From: an uncultured Eubacteriales bacterium
GTDB lineage: Bacteria > Bacillota > Clostridia > Christensenellales > CAG-917
Direction: 5' to 3'
Length of the DNA stretch: 64,000 nt
NCBI GenBank assembly: GCA_900549225.1
Contig: URNP01000005.1
Location: forward strand, 4,532-68,531
The position numbers were made by a program, and so were the translations under genes. Of the stretch, positions 54,304-62,738 are shown piece by piece. The notes beneath the pieces are model-generated. The model had not been told where the DNA came from and made no database searches. It was given only the letters and a program-made list of their open reading frames with translations. Position 1 is the stretch's first letter; every line of letters starts with the position of its first letter.

Positions 54304-54661
54304 ACTCCTTTGTCGAGTTGTCTTTTTCTTTCGACACCTCGAAAAAATCGGGAAAGCATCGCATCGTCAAGGGAATAGGGAAAATATTGCGTTGGTATAT
54401 TTGCTTTAATTATCCGCAATATTTTACCCCTTGAAGAAAGATGCTTTTCTGATAAACTCCCACCCTACTCAAAAAGAGAAAGAAAAGACATATCACATTG
54501 ATGTTTCATCATTGTTTTGTTACGGATTTGTAGCGATTTCGTCACAGTTTTGTCATACATATTTTTGTGTTTCAAAGACGACCTTTGTTGCTTTATAATG
54601 TTCTTCTTTTTTGCGGCCACAAGGATTATCGTTAAGTTAGAAAAAACAACGGAGGTGTGAT

Positions 54662-54859
54662 ATGCGGGAAATCATACTTGAAGATAATCCGAGTAAACGA
54701 CAAATATTTGTAGATGATAACAAACCGGATTTCTCTTATTTATCTAATAAAGATATAGATTTATATATATCCTTATTAGAAATAGAAATGTATGAGCATT
54801 TCAAGAATCGTCGCAAAAGAAAGCCGAGAGATCAACCTGAAAATAAAAAAATCTCCTAA
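54662..54859 (+). CDS. Hypothetical 65-aa protein
   Basis: Strong RBS ggaggtg. Upstream promoter TTCAAA-17-TATAAT. No homology recognised. Confidence 0.45.
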   Translation: MREIILEDNPSKRQIFVDDNKPDFSYLSNKDIDLYISLLEIEMYEHFKNRRKRKPRDQPENKKIS

Positions 54860-54915
54860 TGTGTACCATAAATGTCGCATAACGATTAATGTCAAAAATT
54901 TCTTATGAAAACCCG

Positions 54916-54943
54916 TTGACTTTTGTTTTTGAATGACTATAAT
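54916..54943 (+). promoter_or_regulatory. Promoter of the LexA-like/polymerase operon
   Basis: TTGACT (54916-54921), 16-nt spacer, TATAAT (54938-54943). Confidence 0.65.
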
Positions 54944-54992
54944 GAAAATTACAAAACGCAATAAATGTTGCAGATTGTAAAAGGGGTATACA

Positions 54993-55604
54993 ATGCAAGT
55001 AAAAAACAAAGAAACGATAGATAAGATTTTGAACATACTCAACGAGAGTTTGCGTGAGAACAACGGCACTCCGTCTATATACGAAATTGCCGACGCGATA
55101 AACGTAAATCCGTCCACGGTCAGCAGATATATCAACTATTTGGTGTCCGAAGGCATAATCGAGAGAAAAGGCAAGCATTGCAATCTCACTACATCGAAGT
55201 TTGCCAAAACGATGTCCAACGTAACGGCTTGCCCGATTGTCGGCGACATTGCTTGCGGCTCTCCGATACTTGCGGAAGAAAATATAGAATCGTATGTATC
55301 AATCTCAACCGAGTTTTTCGGTCCCGGAGAGTACTTCATACTTAAAGCGAAAGGCGAAAGTATGATAAATGCAGGCGTAAATGACGGAGATTTGGTTGTT
55401 ATACGAAAGCAAGATACTGCAAACGAAGGACAAATAGTGGTTGCACTCACGGATGAGGGTGAGGCTACGTTAAAGCGATATTTTTTGGATAAAAAGCACA
55501 AACTAATAAGACTGCATCCCGAAAATGATGCACTTCAAGATATGTTCTATAAGAACATTCAAATTCAAGGCATAGCCGTAAAAGTAATAAAGGACTTGTT
55601 ATAA
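54993..55604 (+). CDS. LexA-like S24 repressor
   Basis: N-terminal winged helix (IYEIADAINVNPSTVSRYINYLVSEGIIERKG). S24 Ser/Lys dyad context KGESMINAGVNDGDLVVI ... ATLKRY. Confidence 0.85.
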   Translation: MQVKNKETIDKILNILNESLRENNGTPSIYEIADAINVNPSTVSRYINYLVSEGIIERKGKHCNLTTSKFAKTMSNVTACPIVGDIACGSPILAEENIESYVSISTEFFGPGEYFILKAKGESMINAGVNDGDLVVIRKQDTANEGQIVVALTDEGEATLKRYFLDKKHKLIRLHPENDALQDMFYKNIQIQGIAVKVIKDLL

Positions 55605-55613
55605 AGGAGCAAT

Positions 55614-56876
55614 ATGGAAAAACAACGGACTTATCTTTGCATAGATATGAAATCATTCTTCGCATCTGTAGAATGTGCGGAACGTGGGTTAAGTCCGTTT
55701 GAAACAAACCTTGTCGTTGCAGACGAATCTCGCGGAAAAGGTGCTATAACTTTGGCAATTACTCCAAAGATGAAAGCACTCGGAGTCAGAAACCGTTGCA
55801 GACTGTTTGAAATACCTAAAAACATAGATTACATTATTGCGCTCCCGCACATGAGTTTGTATATCAAATACTGCGCAGACATTTTTGATATATATCTCGA
55901 TTATTTCTCACCGGACGATATACATCAATACTCAATCGACGAGGCTTTTATAGACGTTACGGACTACTTGTCTATTTACAAACTCGAACCAAAGCAACTT
56001 GCAAAGAAAATTATAAACGAGATAGCCGAGCGCACGCATATTCCTGCGACTTGCGGTATAGGCACAAACCTGTATCTTGCAAAGATTGCACTCGACATCA
56101 CGGCAAAACATTGCAAAGACCATATTGGAATGCTTGACGAGCAAACATTCAAAGAAACTTTGTGGGAGCATAGACCGATAACCGACTTTTGGAATATCGC
56201 AAACGGTATTGCCACAAGGCTTGCCCGATATGGAATTCATGATATGAAAGGCGTAGCAACAGCCCCGGAAGATCTCCTTTATAGGAATTTCGGTAAGAAC
56301 GCTAAATTGCTAATCGACCACGCAAACGGCAAGGAAAGTTGTACGATTGCGGACATCAAGAACTACAAGGGTAAGTCAAAGTCTATCTCAAATTCTCAAA
56401 TCTTGTTCAGCGACTACGCATACGATAAAGCACATATCGTCATACAAGAGATGGCTTTGAGTGGTTGTCAGCGACTTCTAAAAGAACATTTGATTGCAAG
56501 CCACGTCGGTATTTCCGTCGGATATTCAAAAGATGCTGCTCCGGCTACGGGCGGAACGCTCAAAATGGCAAACAGCACCAATCTCTATTCAATGGTTAAG
56601 GAATACGTTGATAGAATTTTTGAAGATACCACACATCAAGACGTTCCTATCCGCAGACTCGCTATATGTTTTAGCGGACTCGTGGACGAATCTGCCGAGG
56701 GCTATGATTTGTTTACTGATTTGGACGCATTGCAAAAAGAGCGCAATGTCGAAAAAGCAGTGTTGGAAATCAAAGAAAAGTTTGGTAAGAACGCAATGTT
56801 GCGAGGTTTCGACTTGCAAGAAGGCGCAACGCAAAAAGAACGCAACAAACTGATTGGAGGACACAATGGCGGTTAA
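55614..56876 (+). CDS. Y-family (DinB/UmuC/UvrX-like) translesion DNA polymerase
   Basis: YLCIDMKSFFASVE, SIDEAFIDVT and thumb/little-finger-like C-terminal half. RBS aaggag. Confidence 0.9.
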   Translation: MEKQRTYLCIDMKSFFASVECAERGLSPFETNLVVADESRGKGAITLAITPKMKALGVRNRCRLFEIPKNIDYIIALPHMSLYIKYCADIFDIYLDYFSPDDIHQYSIDEAFIDVTDYLSIYKLEPKQLAKKIINEIAERTHIPATCGIGTNLYLAKIALDITAKHCKDHIGMLDEQTFKETLWEHRPITDFWNIANGIATRLARYGIHDMKGVATAPEDLLYRNFGKNAKLLIDHANGKESCTIADIKNYKGKSKSISNSQILFSDYAYDKAHIVIQEMALSGCQRLLKEHLIASHVGISVGYSKDAAPATGGTLKMANSTNLYSMVKEYVDRIFEDTTHQDVPIRRLAICFSGLVDESAEGYDLFTDLDALQKERNVEKAVLEIKEKFGKNAMLRGFDLQEGATQKERNKLIGGHNGG

Positions 56877-57201
56877 AAACAATGACGATGTGAATCGTGC
56901 GGCTCAGTTCCTTCCATTCGATGCACTAAAAGGCTTGTCCGAAGAATTGCAAAGCAGAATCGAAAAGCGCACTCGCGTTCCTAAGCACGAGTTTTCCGAC
57001 GAAAAGAAGGAAGAATTGTCCAAAACTCTTGTGAGAGTGGACAAAGGAACGGTTGTGAGAATCAATTTCTATCTCAACGGACATTACATTGATATAGAAG
57101 GAACGGTTGCGAAAAACAACGTGGTCTATCATTATTTGACGATAGGTCAAAAGAAGATATTTTATGACGATATCTACCAAATCGATATAGTTTCCGAATA
57201 A
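56866..57201 (+). CDS. YolD-like protein (UmuD-equivalent accessory of Gram-positive Y-polymerases)
   Basis: GGAGGA RBS, then ATG 56866. AAQFLPFDALKGLSE motif. It follows the polymerase gene as in uvrX-yolD-type pairs. Confidence 0.7.
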   Translation: MAVKNNDDVNRAAQFLPFDALKGLSEELQSRIEKRTRVPKHEFSDEKKEELSKTLVRVDKGTVVRINFYLNGHYIDIEGTVAKNNVVYHYLTIGQKKIFYDDIYQIDIVSE

Positions 57202-57334
57202 CTGCCCCGGTTTATAAGGAAATTATATATAGGGTGCGCAAGATAGTTTTACTGCGACGCGGGAGTGCCTAACCCCGTCAATGCAGTAGGCTAAATACAA
57301 GTCTATGTGCGCTATGGGCAAAGGAGGTGCTTTT

Positions 57335-57520
57335 ATGGATAATGCTATTATCACGCAAGACGCTATTCCGATACGAAAACTGTGTCCCGAATGCAGGAAG
57401 TATTTTGTAGCGAGCGTTAAAAGTAACGGCGAAATCGTGGGGAGATGCTCACATTGCCACGCCAAGTACTTTGAGCAGAAAAAGAACAACGTGCGACTTA
57501 TCAAAGTTGTGCAAAGATAA
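57335..57520 (+). CDS. Small zinc-ribbon protein
   Basis: RBS aaaggaggtg. CPEC...CSHC (CxxC-N18-CxxC). Confidence 0.6.
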   Translation: MDNAIITQDAIPIRKLCPECRKYFVASVKSNGEIVGRCSHCHAKYFEQKKNNVRLIKVVQR

Positions 57521-57633
57521 TCACTAAAAAGGAAAACTACATACGTCTATATAGGCAAATCAAGGTCGGGCTGTGACAGCGCCCAAGATAAATCCTCGTT
57601 CCCCGCTTTTATAGATAAGATTCGATAGGAGAC

Positions 57634-57697
57634 GATATCCCCAACCCGAATGCGACGTGTTGAAAAAGGTCGCAAACCGAGTGGGGATATTTTTATT
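57634..57697 (+). terminator. Long interrupted hairpin plus T-run between the Zn-ribbon gene and the sigma-like gene
   Basis: atatcccc (57635-42) / ggggatat (57683-90), inner gcgac/gtcgc, followed by ttttatt. Confidence 0.55.
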
Positions 57698-57741
57698 CTC
57701 CGCTACGGAAAATCTATTTATAAGAACTAGGAGAAATTTAT

Positions 57742-58041
57742 ATGAAAACATTTACAGCAATCAGAGAAGATCTGAAAAATATAAGATATTATTATGCGCG
57801 TCGTGACGAAATGGCGCAAAAGGCAAAAATTCTCGGCGAATGTACTGTGTCAAAAACCGCGGAAGAATATAACGAAGTGGTTCGTCAAGCACCGCCAAAA
57901 CTTTACGAATTGTACTATTGTATGTACATTGAAAACAATACGCAGGAATCGGCAGCAGAGAAGTACGGATATGCCAGAGAGCATGTCACAAGACTTAACA
58001 AGCAATTGTTACGTTTTATTCAAAATCATCTTATAGCATAA
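57742..58041 (+). CDS. Sigma-70 region-4-like HTH regulator (Tn916 orf7-like by architecture)
   Basis: LYELYYCMYIENNTQESAAEKYGYAREHVTRLNKQLLRF is a region-4-type HTH. RBS taggaga. Confidence 0.6.
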   Translation: MKTFTAIREDLKNIRYYYARRDEMAQKAKILGECTVSKTAEEYNEVVRQAPPKLYELYYCMYIENNTQESAAEKYGYAREHVTRLNKQLLRFIQNHLIA

Positions 58042-58052
58042 GGAGAAAGACA

Positions 58053-58301
58053 ATGGAAGAATTTATCCCGGATTTTATATTGCAGGCAGACAACGTGTAT
58101 AGAACGAGAAACTATATCGTAAAGCAAAGATTGGAATATATTGAAAACACGACGGAAGATAACGTCATAATAAGCTATGACACTTTCTACAAACGCACAA
58201 GGCTTAGAGATAAGCAGTATATGATTATGTACGGTGATAAACATCACCCGAACGGTAAGCGTATGCCGAGTACAACTTATACAAGAGTGTACATCGATTA
58301 A
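58053..58301 (+). CDS. Hypothetical 82-aa protein
   Basis: RBS aaggaga. It starts 11 nt after the sigma-like gene. No motif recognised. Confidence 0.45.
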   Translation: MEEFIPDFILQADNVYRTRNYIVKQRLEYIENTTEDNVIISYDTFYKRTRLRDKQYMIMYGDKHHPNGKRMPSTTYTRVYID

Positions 58302-58316
58302 CTTAATTTCAGTTTT

Positions 58317-58346
58317 TATTGGCTCTCAATTTTTTGGGAGCCAATG
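58317..58346. terminator. Bidirectional hairpin between convergent genes
   Basis: ttggctc(t)ca atttttt tg(g)gagccaa. Confidence 0.6.
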
Positions 58347-58349
58347 TAT

Positions 58350-59888
58350 TTATTCTATAATTAGTTCTCCTGTAAAAATCTCTGGAGAATGTTTGGAATT
58401 AATTTCATATTTTATAGATTTTGGTGCTTTTTTGAAAAACAACCGAGATGGGAAGAACATCTTTGTATGTTGTTTTAGGTATTTAATATTAAAACATAAG
58501 ACATCTTCATAGTCATTCTCTCTTATATCATAACAGAAAATACTCGAGATTTCATTGTTATAATCTCGTTGCAATTCTTTTATATGTTTAGCGTAATCTG
58601 CGCCATAAAATGATGATATAGACGAGGTTTTGGGCATAAATTGATAGTAACTATACGTATCAATATCTGGTGTTTTTTCATCCATAAATAAACTATATAG
58701 TAAATCTTCAGATACTATTGTTTCCAAAATACTATTGTCAGGAATGGGAATTTCATTGGGCATAACGATTTTATTTTTTTCAATATAGAGTTTTATATCT
58801 ATATCTTCATCGAATGTTCTGCCATCATTGCTTACGACTAATGAAGTATATATGTATTTATCTATGGTTCCAAAGAAACGATACATATCATTGTAATTGT
58901 TAATTAGAGTGGACAATTCCGTTAACATGCGAAATTTATCTTTCTCATTTTTATGTCCCATTAAACCACTGTCATTCTGTCCTAATATAAGGATGCGTTT
59001 TTTTCGTAAGTTACCTAAATTCCAAAACTCATCATCCAGAGAAATACCATGTTCTGAACAAAATGCTTGAACAACGTTCTTGTTTTTAGCAAGTATTTCT
59101 ACTTTGTCAAGCTTAAGTGTATTTGTTTCATAATCTCTATTTATTTTCTCAAGATGTTCTTTGGTGAAAATACCCGAATATGGTGCTAAATTCTCCATAT
59201 TCGTTTCCGAATCGATATGTATTTCTTTGATTCTATTTATCAAAGTTATTATTTCATTTTGAATCTCTAAAACTAAAGAACCACAAAAATTAAACTGTTG
59301 CAGTTTTGCTTTGTTGTCAGGGAAAAATGATATTGCCAAATTTGGAGCATTTTTTGATACAATACTTTGGGAGCTTACTGAAATCTCGTTCCGAAAATAA
59401 AGAGATAGTGCATTTTGAAATTTTGTCCTTAAATCCTCTTTAGTGTTTGCAATATCAAATAGGGCTTTGTCCTTATATTTTTCCATAAATTGTTTAACTT
59501 TAGCATATTGTTCTAGATTAATATCGGAAGGTTTAACATCCCTATCAATTAAATATAAAAATACTTGCTTTTTACTAGAAAGCATATTTTTAATTTCGTC
59601 TTCTGTCCCTGAATCAGAATTATCAGTCGGTGTACCGAAACGAGTTCCAAATAGTGCAACACAAAAATCGCAATCATTAATAAACTGCTTATTAAGTATA
59701 TTTTGTGGAGTATCACCGGATTGTGGATAGCTATCAGTTGACCAGTGTTTAAGAACAACAGTAATATGATTTGTTTCGCCAATAGATGAATTAAACGAAT
59801 TGACCGCATCATTAATAGCATCTTTTAAATCCACGACATCCCCGGGACATGAAAGTAATAGGCTGTATTCGATTTTTGGTTTTGGCAT
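58350..59888 (-). CDS. Orphan 512-aa protein: DUF4062/TIR-like N-terminal domain plus ~370-aa unknown C-terminal region; candidate defence effector
   Basis: N-terminal sequence YSLLLSCPGDVVDLKDAI...CDFCVALFGTRFGTPTDNSDSGTEDEIKNMLSSKKQVFLYL fits the DUF4062 pattern as I recall it. The gene is AT-rich and on the opposite strand to all its neighbours. Confidence 0.7.
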   Translation of the reverse strand: MPKPKIEYSLLLSCPGDVVDLKDAINDAVNSFNSSIGETNHITVVLKHWSTDSYPQSGDTPQNILNKQFINDCDFCVALFGTRFGTPTDNSDSGTEDEIKNMLSSKKQVFLYLIDRDVKPSDINLEQYAKVKQFMEKYKDKALFDIANTKEDLRTKFQNALSLYFRNEISVSSQSIVSKNAPNLAISFFPDNKAKLQQFNFCGSLVLEIQNEIITLINRIKEIHIDSETNMENLAPYSGIFTKEHLEKINRDYETNTLKLDKVEILAKNKNVVQAFCSEHGISLDDEFWNLGNLRKKRILILGQNDSGLMGHKNEKDKFRMLTELSTLINNYNDMYRFFGTIDKYIYTSLVVSNDGRTFDEDIDIKLYIEKNKIVMPNEIPIPDNSILETIVSEDLLYSLFMDEKTPDIDTYSYYQFMPKTSSISSFYGADYAKHIKELQRDYNNEISSIFCYDIRENDYEDVLCFNIKYLKQHTKMFFPSRLFFKKAPKSIKYEINSKHSPEIFTGELIIE

Positions 59889-60334
59889 AAATTATCTCCT
59901 ATAGAATTGATAAACAAAATAATTATAACTCATATAGCCGATTTAGTAAAGCTATAAGAAATTGGAGTGGTTACATCGTTGTTTCAATTGGATTTTATAG
60001 TGTCATTTTTACATTTCGTTACTGTTTGAATTAGGCTCGAAAGTTGTCCTTTTTGCTTACATTGGTGTTCTGGTTTTTGTGAAAAATAAGCCCTATACTG
60101 ATGACGTAATCAAGAGCGAGAGCAAGCGAACGACTGTTGATTGCGGACTGAATTCAGATAAAGGTGGCCACCTCCCGAAACAAGTCGCAAGAAACGGAAT
60201 GTTTCACAAACAAGACTTTATGATTACAAAACTACAACTTAATATACCAATTTCGCGCTTAGCTAACGGCAACACGGGCAAAGACAAATCACTATGCTGC
60301 ACTATCGGCACAACGGGTAAAGGAGAATTTTTCA

Positions 60335-60598
60335 ATGGCAAACAAATATGGCGAACGCAGATGGAGCGTGCCTTCCAAGAGAGCGAAGGACTACGCGTCG
60401 GAGCGTAAGAACAAGGTGCACGAACATGGTGCAAAAGAAGGCAAGCAACTCACGGATTATGAGGCAGGACTTCGCTCCGGATACTTGCAAGCACAATCGG
60501 ATCACGCAGGTCTGTACAAGTACAAAAAGGCTCTCGGTGAAGGCAAATCCAAATCCGAGGCAAGAACAATCTCTCGTACTATCGGGAAGAAAAAATAA
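60335..60598 (+). CDS. Hypothetical small basic protein (87 aa)
   Basis: RBS aaaggaga. Lys/Arg-rich. First gene of a tightly packed plus-strand operon. Confidence 0.5.
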   Translation: MANKYGERRWSVPSKRAKDYASERKNKVHEHGAKEGKQLTDYEAGLRSGYLQAQSDHAGLYKYKKALGEGKSKSEARTISRTIGKKK

Positions 60599-60612
60599 GG
60601 AGGAAATAGGCA

Positions 60613-60954
60613 ATGGATAAGAAAATCTTTGTAGAAAGAGAAACCTACGAGAAAAACGGCAAGCAGTATTTTACATACTTCATCAAAGGCATTGTGCGCG
60701 GTATCGAAGCAAGAGTGCAACTTATGCCACCGGACTTCACTGGCTACACGGTTTTGGATATCGTTTTCGGCAATGAAAACAAAGCGGAACTCGTTGTAAC
60801 GCCCTACGAAATCAAGGATGAAAAAACAGGCAAAGTCGTTTCTGGCAACACCTATGGCGTACGTTCTTTTGACGAAGACGGCGAAGTTTACGAATGCAAG
60901 ATTCAGCCGTTCAAATCATCGGACAGAGCATTGCTAAATATGCTTATCAGATAA
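60613..60954 (+). CDS. Hypothetical 113-aa protein
   Basis: RBS aaggagga. No motif recognised. Confidence 0.5.
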   Translation: MDKKIFVERETYEKNGKQYFTYFIKGIVRGIEARVQLMPPDFTGYTVLDIVFGNENKAELVVTPYEIKDEKTGKVVSGNTYGVRSFDEDGEVYECKIQPFKSSDRALLNMLIR

Positions 60955-61018
60955 ATAAGCGTCACGGAATACGGCTTGAAATACAGCCGTATTTCTTTCA
61001 AAAACATGGAGGATTTAT

Positions 61019-62101
61019 ATGAATCAAGAAAAGAAAAACAGTATCAAATGGATTGCGACACTTATGGCAATCATAGTCCTTTTTGCAGGTGTCGGCGCAG
61101 CGTTGGGGCTTGTAATTCAGCAAATGAAACAAAACAACACCGACACGCCTATTGCATCTGGTGATGGCAAGAATATGTTTGAAGGTCAAATATATGAAAT
61201 GCCTTCCGTACTTGCATTCTCGGCAGACGCAACGACTGCGGCAGATTCCGGCCATACGGCATCCGTAACTCTTACTGCAACCGTCCTTCCCGTTGAGGCA
61301 ACCAACAAACTCGTGGATTGGAGCGTTGCTTGGGGTGTGACAAAACAACACGGAAGTGAAAACGTCACGGACTATGTTACCGTAACTCCGGAAAGCGACG
61401 GTAGCAATATCGCGACCGTAACATGTAAGAAAGCGTTCGGTGACGATGAAATCATTGTCACGGTTACCACGAGAGAAGGCGGATTCTCTGCGAAATGTCA
61501 AGTTTTGTACGTTGGTGCGCCTACTTCTATCAAAGTTACGCCCACCGGAGCAAAAACCACCACCGATAGCAATTGGAACAACGCAAAAATCGTGGAAATT
61601 CAAAGTTCCAAAACCTACAACTTTGACATTTCTCTTGACAACGAGTTTGGACTTGTGGGCAGTACGTTCACTCCCGAATACAGAATCTCCGCTGTTGCTT
61701 ATGGCGCAATCAGGGTTAAGAAGGAGATATACAAATCGGGAACACTTCAGAGCACAGAGTATGCCACGGTTAATTATGTTGTTCAAGACGTATTTGAATC
61801 GGCAGGATATATTTGGACTTCGTTCCAAAAACCGGGTGGATATGTGAGCGTAAACCAGTTCTCAATCGAGAACGGCAAGTTGCAAGTTATCGGTGAAAGT
61901 ATGCCTTCTTCTTACAGCGGCATTTCGGCGGATCCTACTCGCAAAGTTGTTGAGACATTTGACAGTTATGTGGACGGCAAACTTCCGTATGTCACCATCA
62001 CGGTCACCGAAGTGAAAACGGGTATCAGCACCACCATCAGCATTCGTACGGTATCAGGGGTGCAAAGCGTATCGCTTTCAGATGCAACGCTTTCGTTCTA
62101 A
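61019..62101 (+). CDS. Membrane-anchored protein with Big_2-like Ig domain
   Basis: RBS ggagga. N-terminal TM segment WIATLMAIIVLFAGVGAALGLVI. Big_2-like SVTLTATVLPVEATNKLVDWSVAWG...ATVTCKKAFGDDEIIVTVTT. Confidence 0.65.
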   Translation: MNQEKKNSIKWIATLMAIIVLFAGVGAALGLVIQQMKQNNTDTPIASGDGKNMFEGQIYEMPSVLAFSADATTAADSGHTASVTLTATVLPVEATNKLVDWSVAWGVTKQHGSENVTDYVTVTPESDGSNIATVTCKKAFGDDEIIVTVTTREGGFSAKCQVLYVGAPTSIKVTPTGAKTTTDSNWNNAKIVEIQSSKTYNFDISLDNEFGLVGSTFTPEYRISAVAYGAIRVKKEIYKSGTLQSTEYATVNYVVQDVFESAGYIWTSFQKPGGYVSVNQFSIENGKLQVIGESMPSSYSGISADPTRKVVETFDSYVDGKLPYVTITVTEVKTGISTTISIRTVSGVQSVSLSDATLSF

Positions 62102-62114
62102 TTAGAGGTGGAGC

Positions 62115-62738
62115 ATGAAAAAGCAAATGAATGTTGGCAAGACGATTGCCGTAATCGTATGTGCATTGCTCTTGGTGCTTGCCGTCGGTTCTATTGCTTT
62201 CTTCACTAATGGTTTTACATCTGATTTCAAAACTTTTTATGTTGAAAGCGATGGAAAGCGAATACTCTCGGACTATGACAACTACATAATGAAGCAGGAT
62301 GCAGAAAACAAATTCGTTGTCAAATACACTTTCGGAGCGGTCAATAAATATATAAGCGGTTATACCTTAAAGATTGTTCCGAATGTGTCGCACGACAATG
62401 ATTTTGACTTCACGGTGGACGGAGAGATATACAGTTTCGGCGCGGAAGAAGATCTCACAAAAGGCTTTGACATTACCCAAAACGAAAACGATTTCGTTGT
62501 GAGCGGTAACTATACAATGCAAAGCATTTTGCAAAGACTTTATCCCGAAAAGGAAGTGTCTTTCAATCCAGGCGACGTGGACAATTCCGTAGACAACTTC
62601 ACATTGCTTGTTTACTCGTACAACGGCGAAGCGGTGATTAAAATCAGTTTCCATAATTACGTTGCGGTGGAAGGTGTCACACTGCAAGAACAACTCGTAT
62701 TCGAGGTACAGCCGGATGGCACAATCAAAGCAAAATAG
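62115..62738 (+). CDS. Hypothetical membrane-anchored protein
   Basis: RBS gaggtgg. N-terminal TM segment TIAVIVCALLLVLAVGSIAFF. Confidence 0.55.
   Translation: MKKQMNVGKTIAVIVCALLLVLAVGSIAFFTNGFTSDFKTFYVESDGKRILSDYDNYIMKQDAENKFVVKYTFGAVNKYISGYTLKIVPNVSHDNDFDFTVDGEIYSFGAEEDLTKGFDITQNENDFVVSGNYTMQSILQRLYPEKEVSFNPGDVDNSVDNFTLLVYSYNGEAVIKISFHNYVAVEGVTLQEQLVFEVQPDGTIKAK

Noticed and set aside
54090-54419. 109-aa minus-strand ORF upstream of, and overlapping, the recombinase start, considered as a possible excisionase/RDF.
   Set aside because: It overlaps the recombinase start and RBS by 50 nt, has no RBS and an unusual composition, and is built largely from the TTTCAAC repeat array. It is more likely a regulatory DNA region.
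60098-60185. CTGATGA (60098-60104) and a downstream GAAAC (near 60176-60180) suggested a hammerhead ribozyme core.
   Set aside because: The ~70 nt between them do not form a stem II closed by the required pairs, and no stem I/III with a cleavage triplet could be drawn. This is most likely a coincidence.
60079-60408. 109-aa plus-strand ORF overlapping the start of the 60335 gene.
   Set aside because: It has no RBS and overlaps a better-supported gene that has a strong RBS. No motif was recognised.
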